Below are positions 35,095 through 48,986 of a DNA stretch of 64,000 nucleotides, piece after piece (the first letter of the stretch is position 1; each line of letters begins with the position of its first letter). The DNA is from Saccostrea cucullata. Lineage: Eukaryota. The notes under the pieces were generated by a model. That model was not told the origin of the DNA, did no database searches, and worked only from the letters and a program-made list of their open reading frames with translations. Made by a program: the position numbers and the translations under genes. The stretch spans positions 1,178,001-1,242,000 of the forward strand of contig NW_026920581.1 of assembly GCF_032062105.1 (NCBI RefSeq). Reading direction: 5' to 3'.

Positions 35095-35923
35095 CACTGT
35101 GGCTAGGCAAAGTATAAATTGGTTTATTATTGAAAAGGTAAAATCCAAAAGTAGTCCCATGAACAATCATGGATTTCTATCTTAGAGAAGAAGATTTTTA
35201 AAGAATTTTCCTATATATTTCTATGTAAAACTTTGGTCGGCCATTTTGGCCCCGCCCTACCCCTGGGGGTCATGGTTTGAACAAACTTGAATCTACACTA
35301 CCTGAGGATGCTTCCATATAAATATGATGAATTATGGCTTGGTCATTCTTGAGAAGAAGACTTTTAAAGAATTTTCCTATATATTTCTATGTAAAACTTT
35401 GGTCGTCCATTTTGGCCCCGCCCTACCCCCGGGGGTCGTGATTTGAACAAACTTGAATCTACACTACCTGAGGATGCTTCCATATAAATATAATGAATTA
35501 TGGCTTGGTCATTCTTAAGAAGAAGATTTTTAAAGAATTTTCCAATATATTTCTATGTAAAACTTAGGTCAGCCATTTTGGCCCCGCCCTACCCCCGGGG
35601 GTCATGATTTGAACAAACTTGAAACTACACTACCTGAGGATGCTTCCAAATAGATATGATGAATTATGGCTTGGTCATTCTTGAGAAGAAGATTTTTAAA
35701 GAATTTTCCTATATATTTCTATGTAAAACTTTGGTCGGCCATTTTGGCCCCGCCCTACCCCCAGGGGTCATGATTTGAACAAACTTGAATCTACACTACC
35801 TGAGGATGATTCCCCATAAGTTTCATCTTTCCTGGCACAGTGGTTCTTGAGAAGAAGATTTTTAAAACATGCCACCAAATTTTCATTAATTGCCAATTAT
35901 CTCCCCTTGAATGAGGGCGTGGC

Positions 35924-35970
<47 letters not shown>

Positions 35971-35972
35971 AG

Positions 35973-36003
<31 letters not shown>

Positions 36004-36071
36004 TGAGAAGAAGTCGAAAATGTGAAAAGTTTACAGACAGACGGACAGACAGACGGACGCCGGACAAAATG

Positions 36072-36115
<44 letters not shown>
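35060..36115 (-). mobile_element. Intact Helentron/HINE-like element with ~4 tandem ~167-bp units
   Basis: aacaagaggcccatgggccacatcgctcacctgag...gagccttcggctcaggtgagctaaaa; (gacag/gacgg) microsatellite; units recur at ~35186, 35353, 35520, 35686. Resembles the oyster ~166-170-bp satellite-bearing elements. Confidence 0.88.
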
Positions 36116-36117
<2 letters not shown>

Positions 36118-37404
36118 CAAACAGAATCAGGAGTCCAAAAATTAATTATTCAGGTCAAAAGACTATATGCGGTATATTGCATATATTTGCCCCCACAAAA
36201 GACAAATTTTGAAAACTTCCTGAAATGTGCTGAATTCAATAAATTGTATGAGAAATATTAATTAACAGAAAATATTATAGTGTCAAAGCAGTGAATTCAC
36301 AATTTTTGTTTTTATGACGTCACAAACTATCCTTTTTCAAAAAGAGGACAAAATGGACAAAATTTCAACAATTTTAGCTTTAAAATTTATAGAGCGCAAG
36401 TTTGTTCAGGAACAATATTGACATATTTCATTGATGTTATCATTCTACACATTATATCAAAATATTGATCCTGAACACACATGCGCTCGGTGACTTTTAC
36501 TCAAAATATCTACAAAATATGTACATTTTTCTGTAAAATTCATAAAAAACTGAAATTTACGTCATGTTTGTGACGTCATTACGTACATATGGCGTCATTA
36601 CTTATGAAAATATTCAGTGCTTTGAAGTCAGCATATATACTCCCCTGTTTAAGAACTTAATTAAATATATCTCCATCAAAGTTTGATTTGGGGGGCAAAT
36701 ATTGGTTATTATCGAATAAAGTTCTTTGCAATATCTCTAAATATTTGTATATTTCATTATTGGAATAGTTTCAGTATTTAAATATTTTGATTTTGCTGAA
36801 GAAAATAACTTTCTTTCAGAAAAATAGATAAATGAAATCATATCTTTTGAATTACCGGGGTATGTGTTTCAATTTTTTTTGACTTGTGTGTTTTTATGCG
36901 AATAGGTAGCTAGGTTTTTGAAAGATGGGTGGACGCTAAACAGAGAAAAAACTTGGAATGGCTTATTGACTTTTCATGTAGGCATATTTCATAAAGTGTG
37001 TATTTTAAAGCAATATGAGCTGCATTTTTGAAAATTTTATTTTGCTGTTAAAATGTGTTATTTTGATAAAATTGTATGCAACTTAAATCTTCTTGATCAA
37101 TCACACTAAAATAAAGCAGAAGAAAGACTTTTATATACAATCCAATATAGAGTTTTATATAAGAAATCATTATAGTATAGGACAACAATAATGTAATTTT
37201 GATTCATCAAAGCTTATAAATAGTTCTTCCATCGCAAATATGAACAACAGAAGTTTATTAACATTTAAAAGTTTAAAGGCACCAATGATATACTCAATAT
37301 TTGAATTTCTTGCTGCCCTATATCATATTAATCTCTATAGCCTCATTGTGACATCACTTTAGTGTGAGTTTTATGGTGTACATTTTTATGTGTGAATATA
37401 CACA

Positions 37405-38340
37405 ACAAGAGGCTCATGATGGGCCACATTGCTCACCTAAGCAGATTGGCTAGAAAAAAAAGAAATCAATTATGTATTGAAACAACCTGATTAAAATCAG
37501 ATCCTTTATCTGCCCACATAGATCACTACACAAGGATCTGAAGAAACCCCATTCAGGATTTGAACAAATTTGAATCTCTGCTTCCTAAGGATGATTCCAT
37601 ATAAATTTCACTAATCTTGGCTAAACTGTTCTTGAAAAGAAGATTTTTAAAGATTTATATATTTCTATGTAAAACTTTGACACTACACCATTACCCTGGG
37701 GACATGATTTGAACAAAATTAAATCTAAATTATGTCAGAAAGCTTTCAGATTAATTCATTATACCCCAGCTACTTCAGAGTGGAGGGTATACTGTTTTAC
37801 TTTTGTGTGTCCGTCCGTCTTGCTGTGTGTCTGTCCGTAACAAATTTTTGGTCGCAGTTTTCTCAGCAACTTATACTCATCACATATGCTTGAAATTTTA
37901 ATACCATCTTTTCTGAGGCATGGTTGCATAGATTTTTGTTCAAATGCAATGTCAACTTCCAGTTTATCCATGCGTCTGTCTGTTTCATACACAACAATTT
38001 TTTGTCACAGAAAGCCTAGATAAAAAAAATCTGCATACTTTGTTGAGTCATGCCATATGGTTGGATTTATTTTATGTGAATCTGATGTCAACTTCCTTTT
38101 TATCCCTGCATCTGCCCTTAACTGAACTTGTGTATATTAACATGATCATAGTGTACATGCATGTATATTCACATCAGAGTGCAGGTATTACTAGTGACCA
38201 TATGCTCAAACACTTCTTGTTTTTTCTAGCCCAATAGGCCAAAGAAACAAAAGAAGATGCCTTTTATATCTAAACTTTTCAAAAATTAACTGATTTCTGT
38301 TTTCCCTATAGGTGAGCAGTGTGGCCTATAGGCCTATCGT
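37405..38340. mobile_element. Degenerate HINE-like fragments with a nested element at ~37758-38222
   Basis: aacaagaggctcatgatgggccacattgctcacct end motif; the inner element starts ttataccccagc with a gtcc microsatellite and ends cttcttgtttt. Confidence 0.55.
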
Positions 38341-38456
38341 TATAATTTTCTGCTGAACTTGCAAACGAAATTTGAGATATTGAAAGTTCTCTGGATGAGG
38401 CAACTTTCTCTGAAGGTATCCAATATTAGTAAGGAAACAAATTTGTTTACTTGATT

Positions 38457-39445
38457 TTTAGCTCTACTGGTCAGAGACCAGAACAGCTTATGCGATAGTA
38501 ATGCATTGGGCGTCTGTCTGTCTGTCTGTCCGTCAGTCTGTCTGGCTGTCTGTAAACAATTTTTCAAAATGCTACTCCTCCTACAGTTTTAGTCTGATTT
38601 CAATATAACTTGGGACATAGGTAGACTACACGGAGATGCATAATTCTATTTATCAGATTTTGATTTTGATGAACAGTGTTGCCATTGTTACTAAAAATAG
38701 AAATTTCTGTGAAATACTTTCAAAATGCTACTCCTCCTACAGTTTTGGTCTATTTTCAATATAACTTTGCACACAAGTAGACTACATTTGGATACATAAT
38801 TCTATATATGTCTGTTTTTGATTTCAGTGAACATTATTGCAGTGATTACAAAAAATGGAAATTTTTGTGAAAAACTTTTAAAATGTTACATAATGTACAT
38901 GTACTTCAAGTAAAGGTTTAGTCTGACAATTAATATAATGTGGTATTCAAGTAAAGGTTTAGTCTGACAATTAATATAATGTGGTATACAAGTAGACTAC
39001 AATGAGATACATAAGTGTCTTTTTTGTTTCTTTGATTGATGAATGATGTTGCCATGGTGACTAAAATTGTAAATTCTGTAAAATTTTATTTAAAGCTACT
39101 CCTACAGTTGTAAGTCTTATTTCTGTGAAATACTTAAAAAATGCTACTCCAAGTAAAGTTATAGTCTGACAATAATATGATGTGGCAATAATATAATGCA
39201 TTACAAGAAGACTACAGTGAGATACCTAAGTGTCTTTTTTTGTTTCTTTGATTTGATGAATGATGTTGCCATGGAAACAAAAATTGTAAATTCTATAAAA
39301 TTTTATTTAAAGTTACTCCTACAGTTGTAGTCTTATTGCAATTTTGCCACAAAAAGAAAATCAATCAAGGACTATTTCTCTCTTAATTCCTTTGTTATAT
39401 AAGTACAAACCAGTAGAGCTGCTGTCTCGACCGAGACTTCTGGTT
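38457..39445 (+). mobile_element. Older, diverged copy of the 156-bp-unit element
   Basis: Same head and tail (ccagtagagct...gtctcgaccgagacttctggttt) with degenerate units. Confidence 0.85.
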
Positions 39446-40710
39446 TTTTCTTGTGACTGTAGTCTTAAGAGAAGGAAAGCTACCATCAATTATCTCCAAA
39501 TGAAGATCTCCTAGTCTCTCCTAAATTGAAGTGAGAGTTAATTGCAGTCTTCTTACCCAACATCATCAGCACGCATGTATTTTCTGAAGCTAAAAACCCA
39601 AACTTTAATGGGTTTAGGGTCATAATTATGCTTTGTTCCTCGCCAGGCATCTTTTGAATTCCATCTGACAATACCAGATTTGGGCACTCTCTTGACACAC
39701 TGTTTCTTTATGTATAAAGGAAGTAAAATTAATTGGTGTTTCCCCGGAAGAGAGATTAGATTTTTTTTTTTTTCAAGGAACTTGTTATTTTTGATAGATC
39801 TTCCTTAAGAAAATTATAACTAAGGAATCAGTGATATTGATTTGATTTTATTATGAAATTTATTTTTCTACATTTGTAAAATTGCCAGAGATATCTACGA
39901 GTTATAGACATTTACAAAGCAATCCATGTTGTTCAAATAAAACAGATTTTGTGTTGATTTTTCTCCATTTTGTATATTGGTTGTTTAAGCTTCTAGAATT
40001 ATGTAAGACTTGATGTAACAAACTCTAAGGCAGTAAATATCTTGTGAATTTTTAGATGTACAGCCATTTTTTCTTATCAATACAGTGATATTTTGTAAAA
40101 AAGCACTTAATTTGCTTTTACAAATGTGTCACTGAATAGTAATAAAAAAAAATTACAAGTGCAAACATGGTAATGAACTTGAATATAATTATAAATTATT
40201 GGCTTAAAAAAATGTCTTTAAAAAAAAGAAAGAAAGAAAAACAGACTCAATATTTCTTAGATTTTAATGATAAATTCTTGGTCTAGCTATAAGATTGATG
40301 TGCTCTTATTAAGAAAATTCATGCAATTTCAGTCTGATAGCACTTGTATTAAAATAAATGCTTTTAATGATTTACAACAGGAACTTTGCAAAAAATTAAG
40401 ATCTTTTTCTTGTAATAAGAATGGTGCTTTGATATTTTGCAGGGAAATGATGTGAGAGATTCATTTGACTTCAGCAAGACGTGCGATCTTCCATCTGCTA
40501 TGCAATACACACTATGCAAGATATTCTAAGCAGTATTAAAAATTCCAAATTCTTCCAAAGACACGTTTTCAGTAAAGAAAAAGGTAAGGATTTCTAGGAA
40601 ATTATGTGGCAAGTGGAAATTTAAAGGATACGTCATACATATTTTTTTTTTTTTTTTAAAGTTGTATGCTGGGCTTAATCTGTTGTTTGAAAGAATTAAA
40701 TATATTTTTT

Positions 40711-41074
40711 TATAATTTAATTCTGGTTGTAACGCTGTGTTTGATTGGATAAAAAATTTACTTTATATCGTATAAAATGGGTTGCCTACGTCACAATGAC
40801 TTGCGTCAAAAACGTATCAATCCGCCTGACGTTAAATTCAAATTTTGCCCAAATTGAAGTCATTTTGTTAGAACAATCATCTTTTTTTCTTAAATCAAAT
40901 GAATGAAAATAAAATTATAAGGAATGAATTTAATAGGTACCCATTTTATACAGTATAAACTGGGTTGGAACAGTTTATGCTTTTTTATAAACCGCTTCGC
41001 GGTTTATAAAGCGTAAACTGCCCCAACCCAGTTTATACCATATAAAATGGGTAGCTATTAAATTCATTCCTTAA
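40711..41074 (-). mobile_element. Hairpin element (Crypton-like), diverged copy C
   Basis: Palindrome ~40917-41074 centred on ataaaccgcttcgcggtttat, with the tail on the left, i.e. inverted relative to copies A and B. Confidence 0.7.
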
Positions 41075-41175
41075 GTAAAAGTAACAACACCCCCCCCCCC
41101 CCCCAACCCGTCATTAATACTTCAATCATGAGGTTTATAGTCACTGTAACTGTGCCTTAGCAATTTGGATTATAG

Positions 41176-41242
41176 TTAGCTCTACTGGTCAGAGACCAGA
41201 AGAGCTTATGCGATAGTAATGCGTCCGTCGTCCGTCCGTCTG

Positions 41243-41275
<33 letters not shown>

Positions 41276-42902
41276 AATTTTTCAAAATGCTACTCCTCCT
41301 ACAGTTTTGGTCTGATTTCAATATAACTTGGCACACAAGTAGACTACACTAAGATACATAATTCTGTGTATCGGTTTTTGATTTCGATGAACGGTGTTGC
41401 CGTGGTTACTAAAAATAGAAATTTCTGTGAAATTCTTTCAAAATGCTACTCCTCCTACAGTTTTAGTCTGATTTCAATATAACTTGGCACACAAGTAGAC
41501 TACACTAAGATACACAATTCTGTGTATCGGTTTTTGATTTCGATGAACGGTGTTGCCGTGGTTACTAAAAATAGAAATTCCTGTGAAATTCTTTCAAAAT
41601 GCTACTCCTTCTACAGTTTTCGTCTGATTTCAATATAACTTGGCACACAAGTAGACTACAATATGATACATAATTCTGTGTATCAGTTTTTGATTTCGAT
41701 GAACGTTGTTGCCGTGGTTACTAAAAATAGAAATTTCTGTGAAATTCTTTCAAAATGCTACTCCTTCTACAGTTTTAGTCAGATTTCAATATAACTTGGC
41801 ACACAAGTAGACTACACTAAGATACATAATTCTGTTTATTGGTTTTCGATTTCGATGAACTTTGTTGCCGTGGTTACTAAAAATAGAAATTTCTGTGAAA
41901 TTCTTTCAAAATGCTACTCCTTCTACAGTTTATGTCTGATTTCAATATAACTTGGCACACAAGTAGACTACAATATGATACATAATTCTGTGTATCAGTT
42001 TTTGATTTCGATGAACGGTGTTCCGTGGTTACTAAAAATAGAAATTTCTGTGAAATTCTTTCAAAATGCTACTCCTCCTACAGTTTTAGTCTGATTTCAA
42101 TATAGCTTGGCACACAAGTAGACTACACTAAGATACACAATTCTGTGTATCGGTTTTTGATTTTGATGAACGGTGTTGCCGTGGTTACTAAAAATAGAAA
42201 TTTCTGTGAAATTCTTTCAAAATGCTACTCCTTCTACAGTTTTAGTCAGATTTCAATATAACTTGGCACACAAGTAGACTACACTAAGATACATAATTCT
42301 GTGTATCGGTTTTCGATTTCGATGAACTTTGTTGCCGTGTTTACTAAAAATAGAAATTTCTGTGAACTTCTTTCAAAATGCTACTCCTTCTACATGCAGT
42401 TTTAGTCTGATTTCAATATAACTTGGCACACAAGTAGACTACAATATGATACATAATTCTGTTTATCAGTTTTTGATTTCGATGAACGGTGTTGCCGTGG
42501 TTACTAAAAATAGAAATTTCTGTGAAATTCTTTCAAAATGCTACTCCTCCTACAGTTTTAGTCTGATTTCAGTATAACTTGGCACACAAGTAGACAACAC
42601 TAAGATACACAATTCTGTTTATCAGTTTTTGATTTCGATGAACGGTGTTGCCGTGGTTACTAAAAATAGAAATTTCTGTGAAATTCTTTCAAAATGCTAC
42701 TCCAAATACAATTTTAGTCTGATTATAATATGAATGTGGCATGCAAGTAGACTGCACTAAGAACATAAAGAGACTTAATCAAGGATCATTATTCTATTTA
42801 TTGCTGTTGAAAAGTTTCAATTTCCAACTATTAAGTACTTTTCTCTTCCTTTGCTATAAGTACAAACCAGTAGAGCTTCAGTCTCGACAGAGACTTCTGG
42901 TT
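41176..42902 (+). mobile_element. Third copy of the 156-bp-unit element (~9 units)
   Basis: Head and tail almost identical to 31737-34068; units run from 41283 to ~42690. Confidence 0.9.
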
Positions 42903-42989
42903 TTTTGTTATACTGAGTGAGTGACTGTCCACAGAAAGTTGTCAAGATTGAATTGAAATGTATTAATACATGTACCTGTAATATTTATC

Positions 42990-43900
42990 TATAAGATAAG
43001 ATAAGATAAGATTTATTAATACCAATTTGGGGCCCATCAGGGCATACAAGTAATAAGGAAAAAAAAACATACAAGCAGAAATTCAAAATTGATAGCAGTA
43101 ACTAACAAAAGATAAATGATGTTACAGCAGTTGGGGATTACAACATACATAATCAATATACTGTAAATAAAAGTTTGTTTAAAGTATTTCTATATATTAC
43201 TCTTTTGTATTTATTTGTTTCTTTGTTTAACATTGCATAATTTGCTATTTCTTATTTTAAAGATATTGATTAAAAAATTACCCAGCTTGATAAGCAACAT
43301 GTCATCTTCATTAGACATAATCCATAAAAATTTTTCTTTATTTGTTAAAGTATAGAAATTTTTATTACTTTTAGCAATAATATTAAAAAAGTCATCTCTA
43401 TCATGCTTATATAATGGACATTCAATCAGTGAGTGTATCTCATCTTCCACACAGTTCATGTCGCACATTCTACAAATTCTTTCATTTCTTGCAAGGGTGG
43501 TTTGCTCTCCAGCAGAGTTTAGTTTTTTTTCGTACCTTCCACTTTCTATTCTGAGGTTATGTGAACTCACTCTAAATTTGCATATAATTTTTCTTTGTTC
43601 AAAATTTTTTGATAATAAATACTTTTCAATTTCAAAACTTCTTTTTATATAGAAATATGTTGTAAGTTTACCCGATAGACAACCATCATCTCTTTGTTTA
43701 AACCAATATTGAAGGAAATCTTCTCTAATAATTTTTTTCAGATGTTTCTTTAAAGTTATTAGTTTCATTGATTTACATCTTGACAAATCTATGCCCATTC
43801 TGTTACAGAAATATGTTACATTTGAAAACTAACTATTTACATTACAACTGTCCAAGATAATGCTTTCTTTGTATGCACTGTATAACAAAGAGTCTATATG
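42990..43900 (-). mobile_element. 5'-truncated non-LTR retrotransposon (RTEX-like 3' end)
   Basis: ORF 43211-43798 has FRVSSHNLRIESGRY...RICRMCDMNCVEDEIHSLIEC (post-RT CCHC knuckle). The 3' end is AATAAA followed by a (TCTTA)n tail at ~43017-42990. Confidence 0.8.
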
Positions 43901-44959
43901 CATAGCTCTGCACAAGCATGGTTGGACTTGGTATGGGGCCATCAGCAATTCTACAATTTGGTTATAACAAATTGGTTAGAATTAGACTTACAAGTTGACT
44001 ATTGGATCATTAAAAGCGGGGTCCACTGTATGATTAGTACATTAAACTAATAATGTGTGAAACGAAAAACACTAAATTTGTGTTGTTCAGAAACGTTTAA
44101 AAAATACAGGAATTGATTTTATTTTACTGCACATGCTATACAGAGAAAAAGAATTGCTCAAAATGGATCCAAAACTAATTTTTTAAGGTATTAAAAGGTT
44201 TGACACCAGCCCTCTGGTATGGAAGCTTTTTGACATAAATCCTCAAATTGGCGAAGAGACGTCAGTGATTTTTCTGTAAATCCAGTGATTCATTATTCAG
44301 CCAAAGATTTTTTTTCCAAGTTCAACATTTTCTGCCTGCATAATAAGTAGCTCAGACAAGGCCTTCTCCATTTAGTAAGACATGAATCTAACTGGATTGT
44401 GCTGTATGGCTTTGACTGGCAGTTTTTGATAGGTCCTAATTGAATCACAAATTTGATTAAGTGATGAATAGATATTTCTGGTGCTGGCCTGCTTCAGACA
44501 GCTACTGCGGGCTGAAAAGTGTTCACCAACTCCATTACAATATGCTTTTATTTTGATCTTGTTCTGTATGCAATGTTCAAATATTTGGCAGAACTGTCAA
44601 TACTTGAAACCTTTTTAGCATACCTGAACAAACTGAAGTTCAAGTGGGGTTTGTTTGCTGTGTGTCGGTCAGTCCTTGTTATACGAGTACCTGGTACCTG
44701 TAAATGGTAAAATTTTCAGCATATCATGTCTTTGTTTTTTACATGGTCTGCTTACTCAAGCATCAAAATCAAAGCAGTGTTCAATTGAATGCTTTATGAA
44801 CCATGACATGATTATGCAATAACTTTCTGCTACCAACCATCACATCCTAAAATTTTTTGGATGATGCTTGAACGAAATATATGGAGATAGCGATCTAAGT
44901 ATTCAAGCTCAAATGTCCATAAAACAATACAAAATTATATAGGGCGGAGCAAACATGCA

Positions 44960-45385
44960 CCTCTAAAACATCAGAGTTGGTATCAAGTGCCATGGAGGTG
45001 TGAGCATCCCCTGTCGACCAGTCACACCAGCCGTGTGCTCCTTGTAATGATGGTAAATTGCTGCATAAGTAAGGGAAGTTGAAAAGTTAAAATCATCATG
45101 TTTATCATAAAGCTTGGTTGTTAGATTAACATGAATGTCTTTTTCAAGTAAAATATCCAAATATGAAGATGTGTTAGGTTCTGTGGTATCTTTTATCTCA
45201 AGCTCACCAGGATATGAATAACCATTGTTAATTGAAAATATGTCGTTGATATATTTAAATTCGAGTTGAAGGCCACAGTAAGGTTTTTTTTTCCACATAT
45301 AAGATTTTGGAAAAATTCTGCTTCATATGAATACAATAATAGGTTTGCTAATAATGGGGCACAATTGGTACCCATGGGAAATTCA
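44960..45385 (-). mobile_element. Degenerate Penelope-like reverse transcriptase fragment
   Basis: PMGTNCAPLLANLLLYSYE, YINDI (decayed YIDD) and SYLDI...TKLYDK.DDFNF across frameshifts. Confidence 0.75.
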
Positions 45386-46237
45386 AAAGATTGTTGGAAA
45401 TGCTAAATTTGGTAGAATTGTACATGTTGTATACCAGAATTTTTTTAACATACTATTGCATTTTCTACTGATGTTTTTTTGTTGTTGTAGTTTTGGTTTT
45501 GCTTTTTTGTTTGGAAATTAATTTCATTTTTTTTGCCTAGATGTCCTTGCTCAAAAGTACAGTTAGAATCAAGGAAAACTTAGGCAATTATGAATCATTG
45601 ATTATTTGAAACTTATGGATTCAAGATTAGTAATAATAAAATAGTGTTAGTGTTAAATCAATTAAGGCAGACCCTACATCATTATTGCTTTGTTGTTAGG
45701 AAAAACTTTTCCATTTAAGTTGGATTAAATTCATATAAAATGTACTTTAATTTTAATCAAAGCTGTAAAAAATGGACAGTTACGCAATATGGGAGTCATT
45801 AGGAAACATAATGGCTTTTGACTAAAAACTGTTGTCATTTCCAATCTGTAATTGACTCGAAAAAGCCAGAAATTTACAAGTAATTGTCTGAAAGTCCACA
45901 TGAGGCTTGATGTTTGTGCAATTCTATGTTCAGGATTATGTTGTTTGGTTCTTCAAATAGTCCTTCCGCACCCTTAAAAGGTCATTTCCACAGTGTTATT
46001 TTGATACAATCAAATTACAGAGAACAGTTAACAGTTAAATGTTTGTTGGTAATGAAATAAATGGGGGAAAGATAATTTATGTACAAATCATTAGATTAAT
46101 TGCAAGAATGAGGTCATTCAAAGAAAAGAGGGAATGAAGCATATCATGCATTATTATGCTTCCTGTCAGTTTGTCTCTATATAACCCATAATTCCTACTA
46201 TTCTCGCATAGTGGTCTAAGGATTTATATAGCGTTAA

Positions 46238-46452
46238 CGAGGCTGGGGGGTGGCAGCCATTTTCAGACTATTTCTATCTCCTTTAAAAGGAGAGCTCCAT
46301 ATAAAGATAAAGAAAATGATCAAAATTTAAAACTAAAATTTATGATTTTTTTCTTTGTCAAATGAAAGTTGACAGCTTAAGATACCATATCTAAAAAAAT
46401 AAGTGAAATCTGGTGGTTACTTTGTGGTTAAATTGTTGACCCTCCAGCCTCC
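46238..46452. mobile_element. Kolobok-like MITE
   Basis: TTAA at both flanks (46234-37, 46453-56); TIR gaggctggggg / ccctccagcctcc. Confidence 0.65.
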
Positions 46453-46515
46453 TTAACATACTATGCCGAAATAGTGCACGGCTTTATTTACTGAATAAAA
46501 TTCTTCAAAGCACAT

Positions 46516-46581
46516 GCTGGGGATCGAACTCAGGACCATGAGATTGCCAGTCGGATGCCTTATCGATTACGCCACAGAGAC
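46516..46581 (-). other. tRNA-derived sequence (SINE head or pseudo-tRNA)
   Basis: Minus strand gtctctgTGGCGTAATCGataaggcatccgactggcaatctcatggtcctGAGTTCGATCCccagc has Pol III A and B boxes at tRNA spacing, but the anticodon and acceptor stems pair poorly. Confidence 0.55.
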
Positions 46582-48405
46582 GATCACTGATTGGTAGAAT
46601 TTTGTTAAATATATAAACTTAATTTATACAATTGACACAAGAAGGAGAAAATAGACAAATATTATTTGAAAACAGTTATATTATTCTAAGGAACTTTAGA
46701 TTAATGTGTACAACAAACTTTCAAACTAATTACATACAGATCGTTAGATGAACTGATTTCATAGGGTCATATGACGCTTGATTGAAGGAATTGTAAAAGA
46801 AAATTATCAATGAGAATCGACATCTGCAAACAAATAAGGCTTACTAACAAAACAGAAAATAAAGATGAGTTGCTTTGGGACAGAAAATCCCGACTTATTT
46901 AGAGAAAATACTAGTAACTAAAATAACTAAGCATGCAAACAATTTTAGCATGAAGATTTTGAATGAGTTCTTACGAGTGCGCTGTGTAAGCACCGATATT
47001 TTCCGGCTCGTGCACCATGTGTCAAACCCTGCCTACTATTTAGGCATATAAGTAAATGCATAATGCAACACTATTATATAAATATTGTAAAGTTGGCCCC
47101 TGTTTAATGAATGTGTGTGGAGGTGTCTATGAAAAAAAAACAACATTAGTAATAATTTACGGGTACTTGATTAAAAAAGGATGAGAAAAGAGGTCTTTTT
47201 AGGATATACTTAATTTCCATGCCCCATCCCACTTTAATTATTCTATTTGTTTAGTACTTTCAGACATACAGTGGTAGAAATATGGATAAATTTGACCTTG
47301 ACCTGTAGCTGGGTGATGAACCTAAAAAAAAAGTATTTGACAAAACAGTTACAAGTCTTGCAAAAAGAAAAAAAAGAAAGAAAAATTTTACAAGTGTCGA
47401 GGCTTATTTCTATCTTTAAGTTATTACAATAGCTATATAAACCAGACCTGTTCATGTGGTACATCTGTGCAAGTTTTATGCATTGAAAGCATAAGTCTGT
47501 AAATCGCCTCATTTGATAGAGAGCTACATTGCAAGATGCAGTGACTAAAATTGAAAGGAAATGGGATTTAGCTCCTGTCCAGTGAATTGCATAGAAGTAA
47601 TGTACATAGCACTATATTTTGTATATATATACATGCAGCATATGTCTAATGCAGCAATTTTGAAATAAACCATATTTGGAGTGTGCCCCAGAGGGGAATA
47701 TTTCTTCCACTAGAACATCTTCAGTTGATGTTTGGATGCAAGACAAAAGCATATATCTTGTATTCCCTTCCTATATAATAATAAAAAAAAGAAACAGACT
47801 ATCTTTATTTGCTGCATGTTCCAGATAAACATGAAATGTAGACTTGGTAGTTTTTATGAATTATCAGTTTCTGTTAAGAAGGACTCAGGAATATTATATT
47901 GATCATCTATCAGAACCTCTTTTTAAATGTGACCAAATTAAGGGCTCAGTGATTTATTATTTGGTGGGGGATATAAAGATTGGAGATAGTTTAGTGAGTG
48001 GTGACAAGGACCTGGGCTCTCAGTTGAGATGTGAGATAACATGAGTTCTGTGCTTATTCTGAGGGGAGGGAGTCGGGTGTTTGGAATCAGTTACTCCAAC
48101 AACAGGCCAGACAGTTACAGGTATATACTGATAAATTTTTATCGATGTAAACAAAAAATTGTATGCATAGATTGACCAGCATAGTTTTTTGGAATTTTTA
48201 TTTTTATAGTTGAAATTCATTAATGATCAAAGCTTGAAATATATTTTTAAAAAAACTTTTTATGATGTTTAGAATTTTTTCCTACCAGGTATTTAATTGC
48301 CATCATCATTTTAACCTATACAAATTTTTTTTGTCATTGTATAGAACTTTGAAAAACTTAGGTGAAAAACTGAGACTTTTGCTGCTAAACGTATATTCAT
48401 TTTAC

Positions 48406-48784
48406 TTAAGGAATGAAGCTGATTTCAACTTATGTTATCCGATATAACATAACTTGGGGCAGTTTACGCTTTATAAACCACTTCATAAACCGCGAAGCGG
48501 TTTATAAGAAAGCGTAAACTGCCCCAAGTTTTGTTATATCGGATAACATAAGTTGAAATTAGCTTCATTCCTTATAATTTAATTTCTATATAGATAATGA
48601 GACAATTATTTCCCCCGGAAAAGGGCTTCAAAATGAGCATTATTTTAAAAGTAACGTCAAGCGGAGTAATACGTTTTTGACGTAAATCATTGTGACGTAG
48701 GCAAGTTATGTTATACAAAATGTTATATGTTACTCTGAATGATTCAGCCAATGAAATTGCTTGATACAAGTGAAATTAAATTAT
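48406..48784 (+). mobile_element. Hairpin element (Crypton-like), copy B
   Basis: Palindrome 48407-48574 plus a tail highly similar to 24624-24990. Confidence 0.7.
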
Positions 48785-48986
48785 TTACAGGTATAGCATG
48801 TATGTGGATGTTAATATTTTCATTTTGAAAGAAAACAATTTTTCTATCTAGCTGCCCTTAAGTCAAGATAAAAAAAAATTGGTTTCTCTTGTAAAATAAT
48901 TCTAAAGATTCGATATGATAATTCTGAGGCAGAAAAAATATAAGCAAAGTGTGTTTTATAGTTTCAATAGGCTTGCATTATATGAT

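Noticed and set aside
46516-46581. Functional tRNA gene
   Set aside because: A and B boxes are present, but the acceptor and anticodon stems do not pair properly and a GGC anticodon is atypical for eukaryotes.
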